A DNA stretch of 64,000 nucleotides from the human T2T-CHM13v2.0 reference genome, Homo sapiens. The stretch lies in NCBI RefSeq assembly GCF_009914755.1, contig NC_060937.1; one strand, 5' to 3'. The notes beneath the pieces are model-generated. The model worked only from the letters and a program-made list of their open reading frames with translations, was not told the DNA's origin and ran no database searches. How positions within the stretch are numbered: position 1 is the first letter of the stretch; each line of letters begins with the position of its first letter. This document shows positions 39,901-55,362 of this stretch, one piece after another. A program made the position numbers and the translations under genes.

Positions 39901-42900
39901 GCAATCCAAATATCCACTTGCAGAATCCACAAAAAGAGTGTTTCAAAACTGCTCTATCAATAGAAAGGTTCAACTCTTTTAGTTGAGTACACACATCACA
40001 AACAAGTTTCTGAGAATGCTTCTGTCTGGCTTTTATTGGAAGACGTTTCCTTTTCACCAAAGGCATCAAAGCGCTCCAAATGTCCACTTCCAGATTCTTC
40101 CAAAAGAGTGTTTGAAACGTGCTCAAAGTAAGGGAATGTTCAACTCTGTGACTTGAATGCAGATATCACCAAGTAGTTTCTAATAGTGCTTCTGTCTAGA
40201 TTTTAGATGATGATATTCCCGTTTCCAACGAAATCGTTAGAGCTATCCAAATATCCACTTACAGTTTCTACAAAAAGAGTGTTTCCAAACTGCTGCATCA
40301 AAAGAAAGGTTCAACTCTGTTAGTTGAGGACACACATCACAAAGAAGTTTGTGAGAATGCTTCTGTCTAGATTTTGTATGACCATATTCCCTTTTCCAGC
40401 GATATCATTAAAGCAATCTAAATATCCATTTGCAGAATCCACAAAAATAGAGTTTCAAAGCTGCTCTGTAAAAAGAAAGGTTCCACTCTGTTAGCTGAGT
40501 ACACACATCACAAACTTGTTTCTGAGAATCCTTCTGTCTCGTTTTTATGGGAAGATATTTACTTTTTCACCGTAGGCATCAAAGCGCTCCAAATGTCCAC
40601 ATCCAGATACTCCAGAAAGAGTGTTTCAAACCTGCTCTATGAAAGGGAATCTTCAACTCTATGAGTTGAATGCAGACATCAGAAAGAAATTTCTGAGAAT
40701 GCTGCTGTCTACCTTTTATTTGAATTCCCGCTTCCAACGAAATCCTCCAAGCTATCCAAATATCCACCTGCATTTTCCACAAAAAGAGCGTTTCAAAACT
40801 GCTCTATCAATAGAAATGTTCAACTCCTTTGGCTGGGTACACACATCACAAACAAGTTTCTGAGAATGCTTCTGTCTAGTTTTTATGGGAAGACATTCCC
40901 TTTTTCACCAAAGGCATCAAAGCGCTCCAAATGTCCACTTCCAGACACTACAAAAAGAGTGTTTCCAACGTGCTCTAAGAAAGCGAATGTTCAACTCTGT
41001 GACTTGAATGCAGATATCACAAAGTAGTTTCTGAGAGGGCTTCTGTCTAGATTTTAGATGATGATATTCCCGTTTCCAACGAAATCATTAGAGCTATCCA
41101 AATATCCACTTACAGTTTCTACAAAAAGAGTATTTCCAAACTGCTGCATCAAAAGAGAGGTTCCACTCTGTTAGCTGAGTACACACATCACAAACTTGTT
41201 TCTCAGAATCCTTCTGTCTCGTTTTTCTGGGAAGATATTTACTTTTTCACCGTAGGCATCAAAGCGCTCCAAATGTCCACATCCAGATACTCCAGAAAGA
41301 GTGTTTCAAACCTGCTCTATGAAAGGGAATCTTCAACTCTATGAGTTGAATGCAGACATCAGAAAGAAATTTCTGAGAATGCTGCTGTCTACCTTTTATT
41401 TGAATTCCCGCTTCCAACGAAATCCTCCAAGCTATCCAAATATCCACTTGCAGATTCCACAAAAAGAGTGTTTCAAAACTGCTCTCTATCAATGGCAAAG
41501 TTCAACTCTGTTAGTTGAGGACACATATCACCAACAAGTTTCTGAGAATGCTTCTGTCTATTTTTTATGGGAAGATATTTCCTTTTTCACCGTAGGCGTC
41601 AAGGCGATCGAAATGTCCACTTCCACAAACTACAAAAAGAGTGTTTCAAACCTGCTCTATGAAAGGCCATGTTCATCTCTATGAGTCGAATGGAAATATC
41701 CGAAAGAAATTTCTGGGAATGCTGCTGTCTAGTTTTTATACGAATTCCCGCTTCCAACGAAATCCTCAAAGCAATCCAAATATCCACTTGCAGAATCCAC
41801 AAAAAGAGTGTTTCAAAACTGCTCTATCAATAGAAAGGTTCAACTCTTTTAGTTGAGTACACACATCACAAACAAGTTTCTGAGAATGCTTCTGTCTGGC
41901 TTTTATTGGAAGACGTTTCCTTTTCACCAAAGGCATCAAAGCGCTCCAAATGTCCACTTCCAGATTCTTCCAAAAGAGTGTTTGAAACGTGCTCAAAGTA
42001 AGGGAATGTTCAACTCTGTGACTTGAATGCAGATATCACCAAGTAGTTTCTAATAGTGCTTCTGTCTAGATTTTAGATGATGATATTCCCGTTTCCAACG
42101 AAATCGTTAGAGCTATCCAAATATCCACTTACAGTTTCTACAAAAAGAGTGTTTCCAAACTGCTGCATCAAAAGAAAGGTTCAACTCTGTTAGTTGAGGA
42201 CACACATCACAAAGAAGTTTGTGAGAATGCTTCTGTCTAGATTTTGTATGACCATATTCCCTTTTCCAGCGATATCATTAAAGCAATCTAAATATCCATT
42301 TGCAGAATCCACAAAAATAGAGTTTCAAAGCTGCTCTGTAAAAAGAAAGGTTCCACTCTGTTAGCTGAGTACACACATCACAAACTTGTTTCTCAGAATC
42401 CTTCTGTCTCGTTTTTATGGGAAGATATTTACTTTTTCACCGTAGGCATCAAAGCGCTCCAAATGTCCACATCCAGATACTCCAGAAAGAGTGTTTCAAA
42501 CCTGCTCTATGAAAGGGAATCTTCAACTCTATGAGTTGAATGCAGACATCAGAAAGAAATTTCTGAGAATGCTGCTGTCTACCTTTTATTTGAACTCCCG
42601 CTTCCAACGAAATCCTCCAAGCTATCCAAATATCCACTTGCATTTTCCACAAAAAGAGTGCTTCAAAACTGCTCTATCAATAAATGTTCAACTCCTTTAG
42701 CTGGGTGCACACATCACAAACAAGTTTCTGAGAATGCTTCTGTCTAGTTTTTATGGGAAGACATTCCCTTTTTCACCAAAGGCATCAAAGCGCTCCAAAT
42801 GTCCACTTCCAGACACTACAAAAAGAGTGTTTCCAACGTGCTCTAAGAAAGCGAATGTTCAACTCTGTGACTTGAATGCAGATATCACAAAGTAGTTTCT

Positions 42901-45900
42901 GAGAGGGCTTCTGTCTAGATTTTAGATGATGATATTCCCGTTTCCAACGAAATCATTAGAGCTATCCAAATATCCACTTACAGTTTCTACAAAAAGAGTG
43001 TTTCCAAACTGCTGCATCAAAAGAGAGGTTCCACTCTGTTAGCTGAGTACACACATCACAAACTTGTTTCTGAGAATCCTTCTGTGTCGTTTTTATGGGA
43101 AGATATTTACTTTTTCACCGTAGGCATCAAAGCGCTCCAAATGTCCACATCCAGATACTCCAGAAAGAGTGTTTCAAACCTGCTCTATGAAAGGGAATCT
43201 TCAACTCTATGAGTTGAATGCAGACATCAGAAAGAAATTTCTGAGAATGCTGCTGTCTACCTTTTATTTGAATTCCCGCTTCCAACGAAATCCTCCAAGC
43301 TATCCAAATATCCACTTGCAGATTCCACAAAAAGAGTGTTTCAAAACTGCTCTCTATCAATGGCAAAGTTCAACTCTGTTAGTTGAGGACACATATCACC
43401 AACAAGTTTCTGAGAATGCTTCTGTCTATTTTTTATGGGAAGATATTTCCTTTTTCACCGTAGGCGTCAAGGCGATCGAAATGTCCACTTCCACAAACTA
43501 CAAAAAGAGTGTTTCAAACCTGCTCTATGAAAGGCCATGTTCATCTCTATGAGTCGAATGGAAATATCCGAAAGAAATTTCTGGGAATGCTGCTGTCTAG
43601 TTTTTATACGAATTCCCGCTTCCAACGAAATCCTCAAAGCAATCCAAATATCCACTTGCAGAATCCACAAAAAGAGTGTTTCAAAACTGCTCTATCAATA
43701 GAAAGGTTCAACTCTTTTAGTTGAGTACACACATCACAAACAAGTTTCTGAGAATGCTTCTGTCTGGCTTTTATTGGAAGACGTTTCCTTTTCACCAAAG
43801 GCATCAAAGCGCTCCAAATGTCCACTTCCAGATTCTTCCAAAAGAGTGTTTGAAACGTGCTCAAAGTAAGGGAATGTTCAACTCTGTGACTTGAATGCAG
43901 ATATCACCAAGTAGTTTCTAATAGTGCTTCTGTCTAGATTTTAGATGATGATATTCCCGTTTCCAACGAAATCGTTAGAGCTATCCAAATATCCACTTAC
44001 AGTTGCTACAAAAACAGTGTTTCCAAACTGCTGCATCAAAAGAAAGGTTCAACTCTGTTAGTTGAGGACACACGTCACAAAGAAGTTTGTGAGAATGCTT
44101 CTGTCTAGATTTTGTATGACGATATTCCCTTTTCCAACGATATCGTTAAAGCAATCTAAATATCCATTTGCAGAATCCACAAAAATAGAGTTTCAAAGCT
44201 GCTCTGTAAAAAGAAAGGTTCCACTCTGTTAGCTGAGTACACACATCACAAACTTGTTTCTCAGAATCCTTCTGTCTCGTTTTTATGGGAAGATATTTAC
44301 TTTTTCACCGTAGGCATCAAAGCGCTCCAAATGTCCACATCCAGATACTCCAGAAAGAGTGTTTCAAACCTGCTCTATGAAAGGGAATCTTCAACTCTAT
44401 GAGTTGAATGCAGACATCAGAAAGAAATTTCTGAGAATGCTGCTGTCTACCTTTTATTTGAATTCCCGCTTCCAACGAAATCCTCCAAGCTATCCAAATA
44501 TCCACTTGCAGATTCCACAAAAAGAGTGTTTCAAAACTGCTCTCTATCAATGGCAAAGTTCAACTCTGTTAGTTGAGGACACATATCACCAACAAGTTTC
44601 TGAGAATGCTTCTGTCTATTTTTTATGGGAAGATATTTCCTTTTTCACCGTAGGCGTCAAGGCGATCGAAATGTCCACTTCCACAAACTACAAAAAGAGT
44701 GTTTCAAACCTGCTCTATGAAAGGCCATGTTCATCTCTATGAGTCGAATGGAAATATCCGAAAGAAATTTCTGGGAATGCTGCTGTCTAGTTTTTATACG
44801 AATTCCCGCTTCCAACGAAATCCTCAAAGCAATCCAAATATCCACTTGCAGAATCCACAAAAAGAGTGTTTCAAAACTGCTCTATCAATAGAAAGGTTCA
44901 ACTCTTTTAGTTGAGTACACACATCACAAACAAGTTTCTGAGAATGCTTCTGTCTGGCTTTTATTGGAAGACGTTTCCTTTTCACCAAAGGCATCAAAGC
45001 GCTCCAAATGTCCACTTCCAGATTCTTCCAAAAGAGTGTTTGAAACGTGCTCAAAGTAAGGGAATGTTCAACTCTGTGACTTGAATGCAGATATCACCAA
45101 GTAGTTTCTAATAGTGCTTCTGTCTAGATTTTAGATGATGATATTCCCGTTTCCAACGAAATCGTTAGAGCTATCCAAATATCCACTTACAGTTGCTACA
45201 AAAACAGTGTTTCCAAACTGCTGCATCAAAAGAAAGGTTCAACTCTGTTAGTTGAGGACACACGTCACAAAGAAGTTTGTGAGAATGCTTCTGTCTAGAT
45301 TTTGTATGACGATATTCCCTTTTCCAACGATATCGTTAAAGCAATCTAAATATCCATTTGCAGAATCCACAAAAATAGAGTTTCAAAGCTGCTCTGTAAA
45401 AAGAAAGGTTCCACTCTGTTAGCTGAGTACACACATCACAAACTTGTTTCTCAGAATCCTTCTGTCTCGTTTTTATGGGAAGATATTTACTTTTTCACCG
45501 TAGGCATCAAAGCGCTCCAAATGTCCACATCCAGATACTCCAGAAAGAGTGTTTCAAACCTGCTCTATGAAAGGGAATCTTCAACTCTATGAGTTGAATG
45601 CAGACATCAGAAAGAAATTTCTGAGAATGCTGCTGTCTACCTTTTATTTGAATTCCCGCTTCCAACGAAATCCTCCAAGCTATCCAAATATCCACTTGCA
45701 GATTCCACAAAAAGAGTGTTTCAAAACTGCTCTCTATCAATGGCAAAGTTCAACTCTGTTAGTTGAGGACACATATCACCAACAAGTTTCTGAGAATGCT
45801 TCTGTCTATTTTTTATGGGAAGATATTTCCTTTTTCACCGTAGGCGTCAAGGCGATCGAAATGTCCACTTCCACAAACTACAAAAAGAGTGTTTCAAACC

Positions 45901-48900
45901 TGCTCTATGAAAGGCCATGTTCATCTCTATGAGTCGAATGGAAATATCCGAAAGAAATTTCTGGGAATGCTGCTGTCTAGTTTTTATACGAATTCCCGCT
46001 TCCAACGAAATCCTCAAAGCAATCCAAATATCCACTTGCAGAATCCACAAAAAGAGTGTTTCAAAACTGCTCTATCAATAGAAAGGTTCAACTCTTTTAG
46101 TTGAGTACACACATCACAAACAAGTTTCTGAGAATGCTTCTGTCTGGCTTTTATTGGAAGACGTTTCCTTTTCACCAAAGGCATCAAAGCGCTCCAAATG
46201 TCCACTTCCAGATTCTTCCAAAAGAGTGTTTGAAACGTGCTCAAAGTAAGGGAATGTTCAACTCTGTGACTTGAATGCAGATATCACCAAGTAGTTTCTA
46301 ATAGTGCTTCTGTCTAGATTTTAGATGATGATATTCCCGTTTCCAACGAAATCGTTAGAGCTATCCAAATATCCACTTACAGTTTCTACAAAAAGAGTGT
46401 TTCCAAACTGCTGCATCAAAAGAAAGGTTCAACTCTGTTAGTTGAGGACACACATCACAAAGAAGTTTGTGAGAATGCTTCTGTCTAGATTTTGTATGAC
46501 CATATTCCCTTTTCCAGCGATATCATTAAAGCAATCTAAATATCCATTTGCAGAATCCACAAAAATAGAGTTTCAAAGCTGCTCTGTAAAAAGAAAGGTT
46601 CCACTCTGTTAGCTGAGTACACACATCACAAACTTGTTTCTCAGAATCCTTCTGTCTCGTTTTTATGGGAAGATATTTACTTTTTCACCGTAGGCATCAA
46701 AGCGCTCCAAATGTCCACATCCAGATACTCCAGAAAGAGTGTTTCAAACCTGCTCTATGAAAGGGAATCTTCAACTCTATGAGTTGAATGCAGACATCAG
46801 AAAGAAATTTCTGAGAATGCTGCTGTCTACCTTTTATTTGAACTCCCGCTTCCAACGAAATCCTCCAAGCTATCCAAATATCCACTTGCATTTTCCACAA
46901 AAAGAGTGCTTCAAAACTGCTCTATCAATAAATGTTCAACTCCTTTAGCTGGGTGCACACATCACAAACAAGTTTCTGAGAATGCTTCTGTCTAGTTTTT
47001 ATGGGAAGACATTCCCTTTTTCACCAAAGGCATCAAAGCGCTCCAAATGTCCACTTCCAGACACTACAAAAAGAGTGTTTCCAACGTGCTCTAAGAAAGC
47101 GAATGTTCAACTCTGTGACTTGAATGCAGATATCACAAAGTAGTTTCTGAGAGGGCTTCTGTCTAGATTTTAGATGATGATATTCCCGTTTCCAACGAAA
47201 TCATTAGAGCTATCCAAATATCCACTTACAGTTTCTACAAAAAGAGTGTTTCCAAACTGCTGCATCAAAAGAGAGGTTCCACTCTGTTAGCTGAGTACAC
47301 ACATCACAAACTTGTTTCTGAGAATCCTTCTGTGTCGTTTTTATGGGAAGATATTTACTTTTTCACCGTAGGCATCAAAGCGCTCCAAATGTCCACATCC
47401 AGATACTCCAGAAAGAGTGTTTCAAACCTGCTCTATGAAAGGGAATCTTCAACTCTATGAGTTGAATGCAGACATCAGAAAGAAATTTCTGAGAATGCTG
47501 CTGTCTACCTTTTATTTGAATTCCCGCTTCCAACGAAATCCTCCAAGCTATCCAAATATCCACTTGCAGATTCCACAAAAAGAGTGTTTCAAAACTGCTC
47601 TCTATCAATGGCAAAGTTCAACTCTGTTAGTTGAGGACACATATCACCAACAAGTTTCTGAGAATGCTTCTGTCTATTTTTTATGGGAAGATATTTCCTT
47701 TTTCACCGTAGGCGTCAAGGCGATCGAAATGTCCACTTCCACAAACTACAAAAAGAGTGTTTCAAACCTGCTCTATGAAAGGCCATGTTCATCTCTATGA
47801 GTCGAATGGAAATATCCGAAAGAAATTTCTGGGAATGCTGCTGTCTAGTTTTTATACGAATTCCCGCTTCCAACGAAATCCTCAAAGCAATCCAAATATC
47901 CACTTGCAGAATCCACAAAAAGAGTGTTTCAAAACTGCTCTATCAATAGAAAGGTTCAACTCTTTTAGTTGAGTACACACATCACAAACAAGTTTCTGAG
48001 AATGCTTCTGTCTGGCTTTTATTGGAAGACGTTTCCTTTTCACCAAAGGCATCAAAGCGCTCCAAATGTCCACTTCCAGATTCTTCCAAAAGAGTGTTTG
48101 AAACGTGCTCAAAGTAAGGGAATGTTCAACTCTGTGACTTGAATGCAGATATCACCAAGTAGTTTCTAATAGTGCTTCTGTCTAGATTTTAGATGATGAT
48201 ATTCCCGTTTCCAACGAAATCGTTAGAGCTATCCAAATATCCACTTACAGTTTCTACAAAAAGAGTGTTTCCAAACTGCTGCATCAAAAGAAAGGTTCAA
48301 CTCTGTTAGTTGAGGACACACATCACAAAGAAGTTTGTGAGAATGCTTCTGTCTAGATTTTGTATGACCATATTCCCTTTTCCAGCGATATCATTAAAGC
48401 AATCTAAATATCCATTTGCAGAATCCACAAAAATAGAGTTTCAAAGCTGCTCTGTAAAAAGAAAGGTTCCACTCTGTTAGCTGAGTACACACATCACAAA
48501 CTTGTTTCTGAGAATCCTTCTGTCTCGTTTTTATGGGAAGATATTTACTTTTTCACCGTAGGCATCAAAGCGCTCCAAATGTCCACATCCAGATACTCCA
48601 GAAAGAGTGTTTCAAACCTGCTCTATGAAAGGGAATCTTCAACTCTATGAGTTGAATGCAGACATCAGAAAGAAATTTCTGAGAATGCTGCTGTCTACCT
48701 TTTATTTGAATTCCCGCTTCCAACGAAATCCTCCAAGCTATCCAAATATCCACCTGCATTTTCCACAAAAAGAGCGTTTCAAAACTGCTCTATCAATAGA
48801 AATGTTCAACTCCTTTGGCTGGGTACACACATCACAAACAAGTTTCTGAGAATGCTTCTGTCTAGTTTTTATGGGAAGACATTCCCTTTTTCACCAAAGG

Positions 48901-51900
48901 CATCAAAGCGCTCCAAATGTCCACTTCCAGACACTACAAAAAGAGTGTTTCCAACGTGCTCTAAGAAAGCGAATGTTCAACTCTGTGACTTGAATGCAGA
49001 TATCACAAAGCAGTTTCTGAGAGGGCTTCTGTCTAGATTTTAGATGATGATATTCCCGTTTCCAACGAAATCATTAGAGCTATCCAAATATCCACTTACA
49101 GTTTCTACAAAAAGAGTATTTCCAAACTGCTGCATCAAAAGAGAGGTTCCACTCTGTTAGCTGAGTACACACATCACAAACTTGTTTCTCAGAATCCTTC
49201 TGTCTCGTTTTTCTGGGAAGATATTTACTTTTTCACCGTAGGCATCAAAGCGCTCCAAATGTCCACATCCAGATACTCCAGAAAGAGTGTTTCAAACCTG
49301 CTCTATGAAAGGGAATCTTCAACTCTATGAGTTGAATGCAGACATCAGAAAGAAATTTCTGAGAATGCTGCTGTCTACCTTTTATTTGAATTCCCGCTTC
49401 CAACGAAATCCTCCAAGCTATCCAAATATCCACTTGCAGATTCCACAAAAAGAGTGTTTCAAAACTGCTCTCTATCAATGGCAAAGTTCAACTCTGTTAG
49501 TTGAGGACACATATCACCAACAAGTTTCTGAGAATGCTTCTGTCTATTTTTTATGGGAAGATATTTCCTTTTTCACCGTAGGCGTCAAGGCGATCGAAAT
49601 GTCCACTTCCACAAACTACAAAAAGAGTGTTTCAAACCTGCTCTATGAAAGGCCATGTTCATCTCTATGAGTCGAATGGAAATATCCGAAAGAAATTTCT
49701 GGGAATGCTGCTGTCTAGTTTTTATACGAATTCCCGCTTCCAACGAAATCCTCAAAGCAATCCAAATATCCACTTGCAGAATCCACAAAAAGAGTGTTTC
49801 AAAACTGCTCTATCAATAGAAAGGTTCAACTCTTTTAGTTGAGTACACACATCACAAACAAGTTTCTGAGAATGCTTCTGTCTGGCTTTTATTGGAAGAC
49901 GTTTCCTTTTCACCAAAGGCATCAAAGCGCTCCAAATGTCCACTTCCAGATTCTTCCAAAAGAGTGTTTGAAACGTGCTCAAAGTAAGGGAATGTTCAAC
50001 TCTGTGACTTGAATGCAGATATCACCAAGTAGTTTCTAATAGTGCTTCTGTCTAGATTTTAGATGATGATATTCCCGTTTCCAACGAAATCGTTAGAGCT
50101 ATCCAAATATCCACTTACAGTTTCTACAAAAAGAGTGTTTCCAAACTGCTGCATCAAAAGAAAGGTTCAACTCTGTTAGTTGAGGACACACATCACAAAG
50201 AAGTTTGTGAGAATGCTTCTGTCTAGATTTTGTATGACCATATTCCCTTTTCCAGCGATATCATTAAAGCAATCTAAATATCCATTTGCAGAATCCACAA
50301 AAATAGAGTTTCAAAGCTGCTCTGTAAAAAGAAAGGTTCCACTCTGTTAGCTGAGTACACACATCACAAACTTGTTTCTGAGAATCCTTCTGTCTCGTTT
50401 TTATGGGAAGATATTTACTTTTTCACCGTAGGCATCAAAGCGCTCCAAATGTCCACATCCAGATACTCCAGAAAGAGTGTTTCAAACCTGCTCTATGAAA
50501 GGGAATCTTCAACTCTATGAGTTGAATGCAGACATCAGAAAGAAATTTCTGAGAATGCTGCTGTCTACCTTTTATTTGAACTCCCGCTTCCAACGAAATC
50601 CTCCAAGCTATCCAAATATCCACTTGCATTTTCCACAAAAAGAGTGCTTCAAAACTGCTCTATCAATAAATGTTCAACTCCTTTAGCTGGGTGCACACAT
50701 CACAAACAAGTTTCTGAGAATGCTTCTGTCTAGTTTTTATGGGAAGACATTCCCTTTTTCACCAAAGGCATCAAAGCGCTCCAAATGTCCACTTCCAGAC
50801 ACTACAAAAAGAGTGTTTCCAACGTGCTCTAAGAAAGCGAATGTTCAACTCTGTGACTTGAATGCAGATATCACAAAGTAGTTTCTGAGAGGGCTTCTGT
50901 CTAGATTTTAGATGATGATATTCCCGTTTCCAACGAAATCATTAGAGCTATCCAAATATCCACTTACAGTTTCTACAAAAAGAGTGTTTCCAAACTGCTG
51001 CATCAAAAGAGAGGTTCCACTCTGTTAGCTGAGTACACACATCACAAACTTGTTTCTGAGAATCCTTCTGTGTCGTTTTTATGGGAAGATATTTACTTTT
51101 TCACCGTAGGCATCAAAGCGCTCCAAATGTCCACATCCAGATACTCCAGAAAGAGTGTTTCAAACCTGCTCTATGAAAGGGAATCTTCAACTCTATGAGT
51201 TGAATGCAGACATCAGAAAGAAATTTCTGAGAATGCTGCTGTCTACCTTTTATTTGAATTCCCGCTTCCAACGAAATCCTCCAAGCTATCCAAATATCCA
51301 CTTGCAGATTCCACAAAAAGAGTGTTTCAAAACTGCTCTCTATCAATGGCAAAGTTCAACTCTGTTAGTTGAGGACACATATCACCAACAAGTTTCTGAG
51401 AATGCTTCTGTCTATTTTTTATGGGAAGATATTTCCTTTTTCACCGTAGGCGTCAAGGCGATCGAAATGTCCACTTCCACAAACTACAAAAAGAGTGTTT
51501 CAAACCTGCTCTACGAAAGGCCATGTTCATCTCTATGAGTCGAATGGAAATATCCGAAAGAAATTTCTGGGAATGCTGCTGTCTAGTTTTTATACGAATT
51601 CCCGCTTCCAACGAAATCCTCAAAGCAATCCAAATATCCACTTGCAGAATCCACAAAAAGAGTGTTTCAAAACTGCTCTATCAATAGAAAGGTTCAACTC
51701 TTTTAGTTGAGTACACACATCACAAACAAGTTTCTGAGAATGCTTCTGTCTGGCTTTTATTGGAAGACGTTTCCTTTTCACCAAAGGCATCAAAGCGCTC
51801 CAAATGTCCACTTCCAGATTCTTCCAAAAGAGTGTTTGAAACGTGCTCAAAGTAAGGGAATGTTCAACTCTGTGACTTGAATGCAGATATCACCAAGTAG

Positions 51901-54900
51901 TTTCTAATAGTGCTTCTGTCTAGATTTTAGATGATGATATTCCCGTTTCCAACGAAATCGTTAGAGCTATCCAAATATCCACTTACAGTTTCTACAAAAA
52001 GAGTGTTTCCAAACTGCTGCATCAAAAGAAAGGTTCAACTCTGTTAGTTGAGGACACACATCACAAAGAAGTTTGTGAGAATGCTTCTGTCTAGATTTTG
52101 TATGACCATATTCCCTTTTCCAGCGATATCATTAAAGCAATCTAAATATCCATTTGCAGAATCCACAAAAATAGAGTTTCAAAGCTGCTCTGTAAAAAGA
52201 AAGGTTCCACTCTGTTAGCTGAGTACACACATCACAAACTTGTTTCTGAGAATCCTTCTGTCTCGTTTTTATGGGAAGATATTTACTTTTTCACCGTAGG
52301 CATCAAAGCGCTCCAAATGTCCACATCCAGATACTCCAGAAAGAGTGTTTCAAACCTGCTCTATGAAAGGGAATCTTCAACTCTATGAGTTGAATGCAGA
52401 CATCAGAAAGAAATTTCTGAGAATGCTGCTGTCTACCTTTTATTTGAATTCCCGCTTCCAACGAAATCCTCCAAGCTATCCAAATATCCACCTGCATTTT
52501 CCACAAAAAGAGCGTTTCAAAACTGCTCTATCAATAGAAATGTTCAACTCCTTTGGCTGGGTACACACATCACAAACAAGTTTCTGAGAATGCTTCTGTC
52601 TAGTTTTTATGGGAAGACATTCCCTTTTTCACCAAAGGCATCAAAGCGCTCCAAATGTCCACTTCCAGACACTACAAAAAGAGTGTTTCCAACGTGCTCT
52701 AAGAAAGCGAATGTTCAACTCTGTGACTTGAATGCAGATATCACAAAGTAGTTTCTGAGAGGGCTTCTGTCTAGATTTTAGATGATGATATTCCCGTTTC
52801 CAACGAAATCATTAGAGCTATCCAAATATCCACTTACAGTTTCTACAAAAAGAGTGTTTCCAAACTGCTGCATCAAAAGAGAGGTTCCACTCTGTTAGCT
52901 GAGTACACACATCACAAACTTGTTTCTCAGAATCCTTCTGTCTCGTTTTTCTGGGAAGATATTTACTTTTTCACCGTAGGCATCAAAGCGCTCCAAATGT
53001 CCACATCCAGATACTCCAGAAAGAGTGTTTCAAACCTGCTCTATGAAAGGGAATCTTCAACTCTATGAGTTGAATGCAGACATCAGAAAGAAATTTCTGA
53101 GAATGCTGCTGTCTACCTTTTATTTGAATTCCCGCTTCCAACGAAATCCTCCAAGCTATCCAAATATCCACTTGCAGATTCCACAAAAAGAGTGTTTCAA
53201 AACTGCTCTCTATCAATGGCAAAGTTCAACTCTGTTAGTTGAGGACACATATCACCAACAAGTTTCTGAGAATGCTTCTGTCTATTTTTTATGGGAAGAT
53301 ATTTCCTTTTTCACCGTAGGCGTCAAGGCGATCGAAATGTCCACTTCCACAAACTACAAAAAGAGTGTTTCAAACCTGCTCTATGAAAGGCCATGTTCAT
53401 CTCTATGAGTCGAATGGAAATATCCGAAAGAAATTTCTGGGAATGCTGCTGTCTAGTTTTTATACGAATTCCCGCTTCCAACGAAATCCTCAAAGCAATC
53501 CAAATATCCACTTGCAGAATCCACAAAAAGAGTGTTTCAAAACTGCTCTATCAATAGAAAGGTTCAACTCTTTTAGTTGAGTACACACATCACAAACAAG
53601 TTTCTGAGAATGCTTCTGTCTGGCTTTTATTGGAAGACGTTTCCTTTTCACCAAAGGCATCAAAGCGCTCCAAATGTCCACTTCCAGATTCTTCCAAAAG
53701 AGTGTTTGAAACGTGCTCAAAGTAAGGGAATGTTCAACTCTGTGACTTGAATGCAGATATCACCAAGTAGTTTCTAATAGTGCTTCTGTCTAGATTTTAG
53801 ATGATGATATTCCCGTTTCCAACGAAATCGTTAGAGCTATCCAAATATCCACTTACAGTTGCTACAAAAACAGTGTTTCCAAACTGCTGCATCAAAAGAA
53901 AGGTTCAACTCTGTTAGTTGAGGACACACGTCACAAAGAAGTTTGTGAGAATGCTTCTGTCTAGATTTTGTATGACGATATTCCCTTTTCCAACGATATC
54001 GTTAAAGCAATCTAAATATCCATTTGCAGAATCCACAAAAATAGAGTTTCAAAGCTGCTCTGTAAAAAGAAAGGTTCCACTCTGTTAGCTGAGTACACAC
54101 ATCACAAACTTGTTTCTCAGAATCCTTCTGTCTCGTTTTTCTGGGAAGATATTTACTTTTTCACCGTAGGCATCAAAGCGCTCCAAATGTCCACATCCAG
54201 ATACTCCAGAAAGAGTGTTTCAAACCTGCTCTATGAAAGGGAATCTTCAACTCTATGAGTTGAATGCAGACATCAGAAAGAAATTTCTGAGAATGCTGCT
54301 GTCTACCTTTTATTTGAATTCCCGCTTCCAACGAAATCCTCCAAGCTATCCAAATATCCACTTGCAGATTCCACAAAAAGAGTGTTTCAAAACTGCTCTC
54401 TATCAATGGCAAAGTTCAACTCTGTTAGTTGAGGACACATATCACCAACAAGTTTCTGAGAATGCTTCTGTCTATTTTTTATGGGAAGATATTTCCTTTT
54501 TCACCGTAGGCGTCAAGGCGATCGAAATGTCCACTTCCACAAACTACAAAAAGAGTGTTTCAAACCTGCTCTATGAAAGGCCATGTTCATCTCTATGAGT
54601 CGAATGGAAATATCCGAAAGAAATTTCTGGGAATGCTGCTGTCTAGTTTTTATACGAATTCCCGCTTCCAACGAAATCCTCAAAGCAATCCAAATATCCA
54701 CTTGCAGAATCCACAAAAAGAGTGTTTCAAAACTGCTCTATCAATAGAAAGGTTCAACTCTTTTAGTTGAGTACACACATCACAAACAAGTTTCTGAGAA
54801 TGCTTCTGTCTGGCTTTTATTGGAAGACGTTTCCTTTTCACCAAAGGCATCAAAGCGCTCCAAATGTCCACTTCCAGATTCTTCCAAAAGAGTGTTTGAA

Positions 54901-55362
54901 ACGTGCTCAAAGTAAGGGAATGTTCAACTCTGTGACTTGAATGCAGATATCACCAAGTAGTTTCTAATAGTGCTTCTGTCTAGATTTTAGATGATGATAT
55001 TCCCGTTTCCAACGAAATCGTTAGAGCTATCCAAATATCCACTTACAGTTGCTACAAAAAGAGTGTTTCCAAACTGCTGCATCAAAAGAAAGGTTCAACT
55101 CTGTTAGTTGAGGACACACGTCACAAAGAAGTTTGTGAGAATGCTTCTGTCTAGATTTTGTATGACGATATTCCCTTTTCCAACGATATCGTTAAAGCAA
55201 TCTAAATATCCATTTGCAGAATCCACAAAAATAGAGTTTCAAAGCTGCTCTGTAAAAAGAAAGGTTCCACTCTGTTAGCTGAGTACACACATCACAAACT
55301 TGTTTCTCAGAATCCTTCTGTCTCGTTTTTCTGGGAAGATATTTACTTTTTCACCGTAGGCA

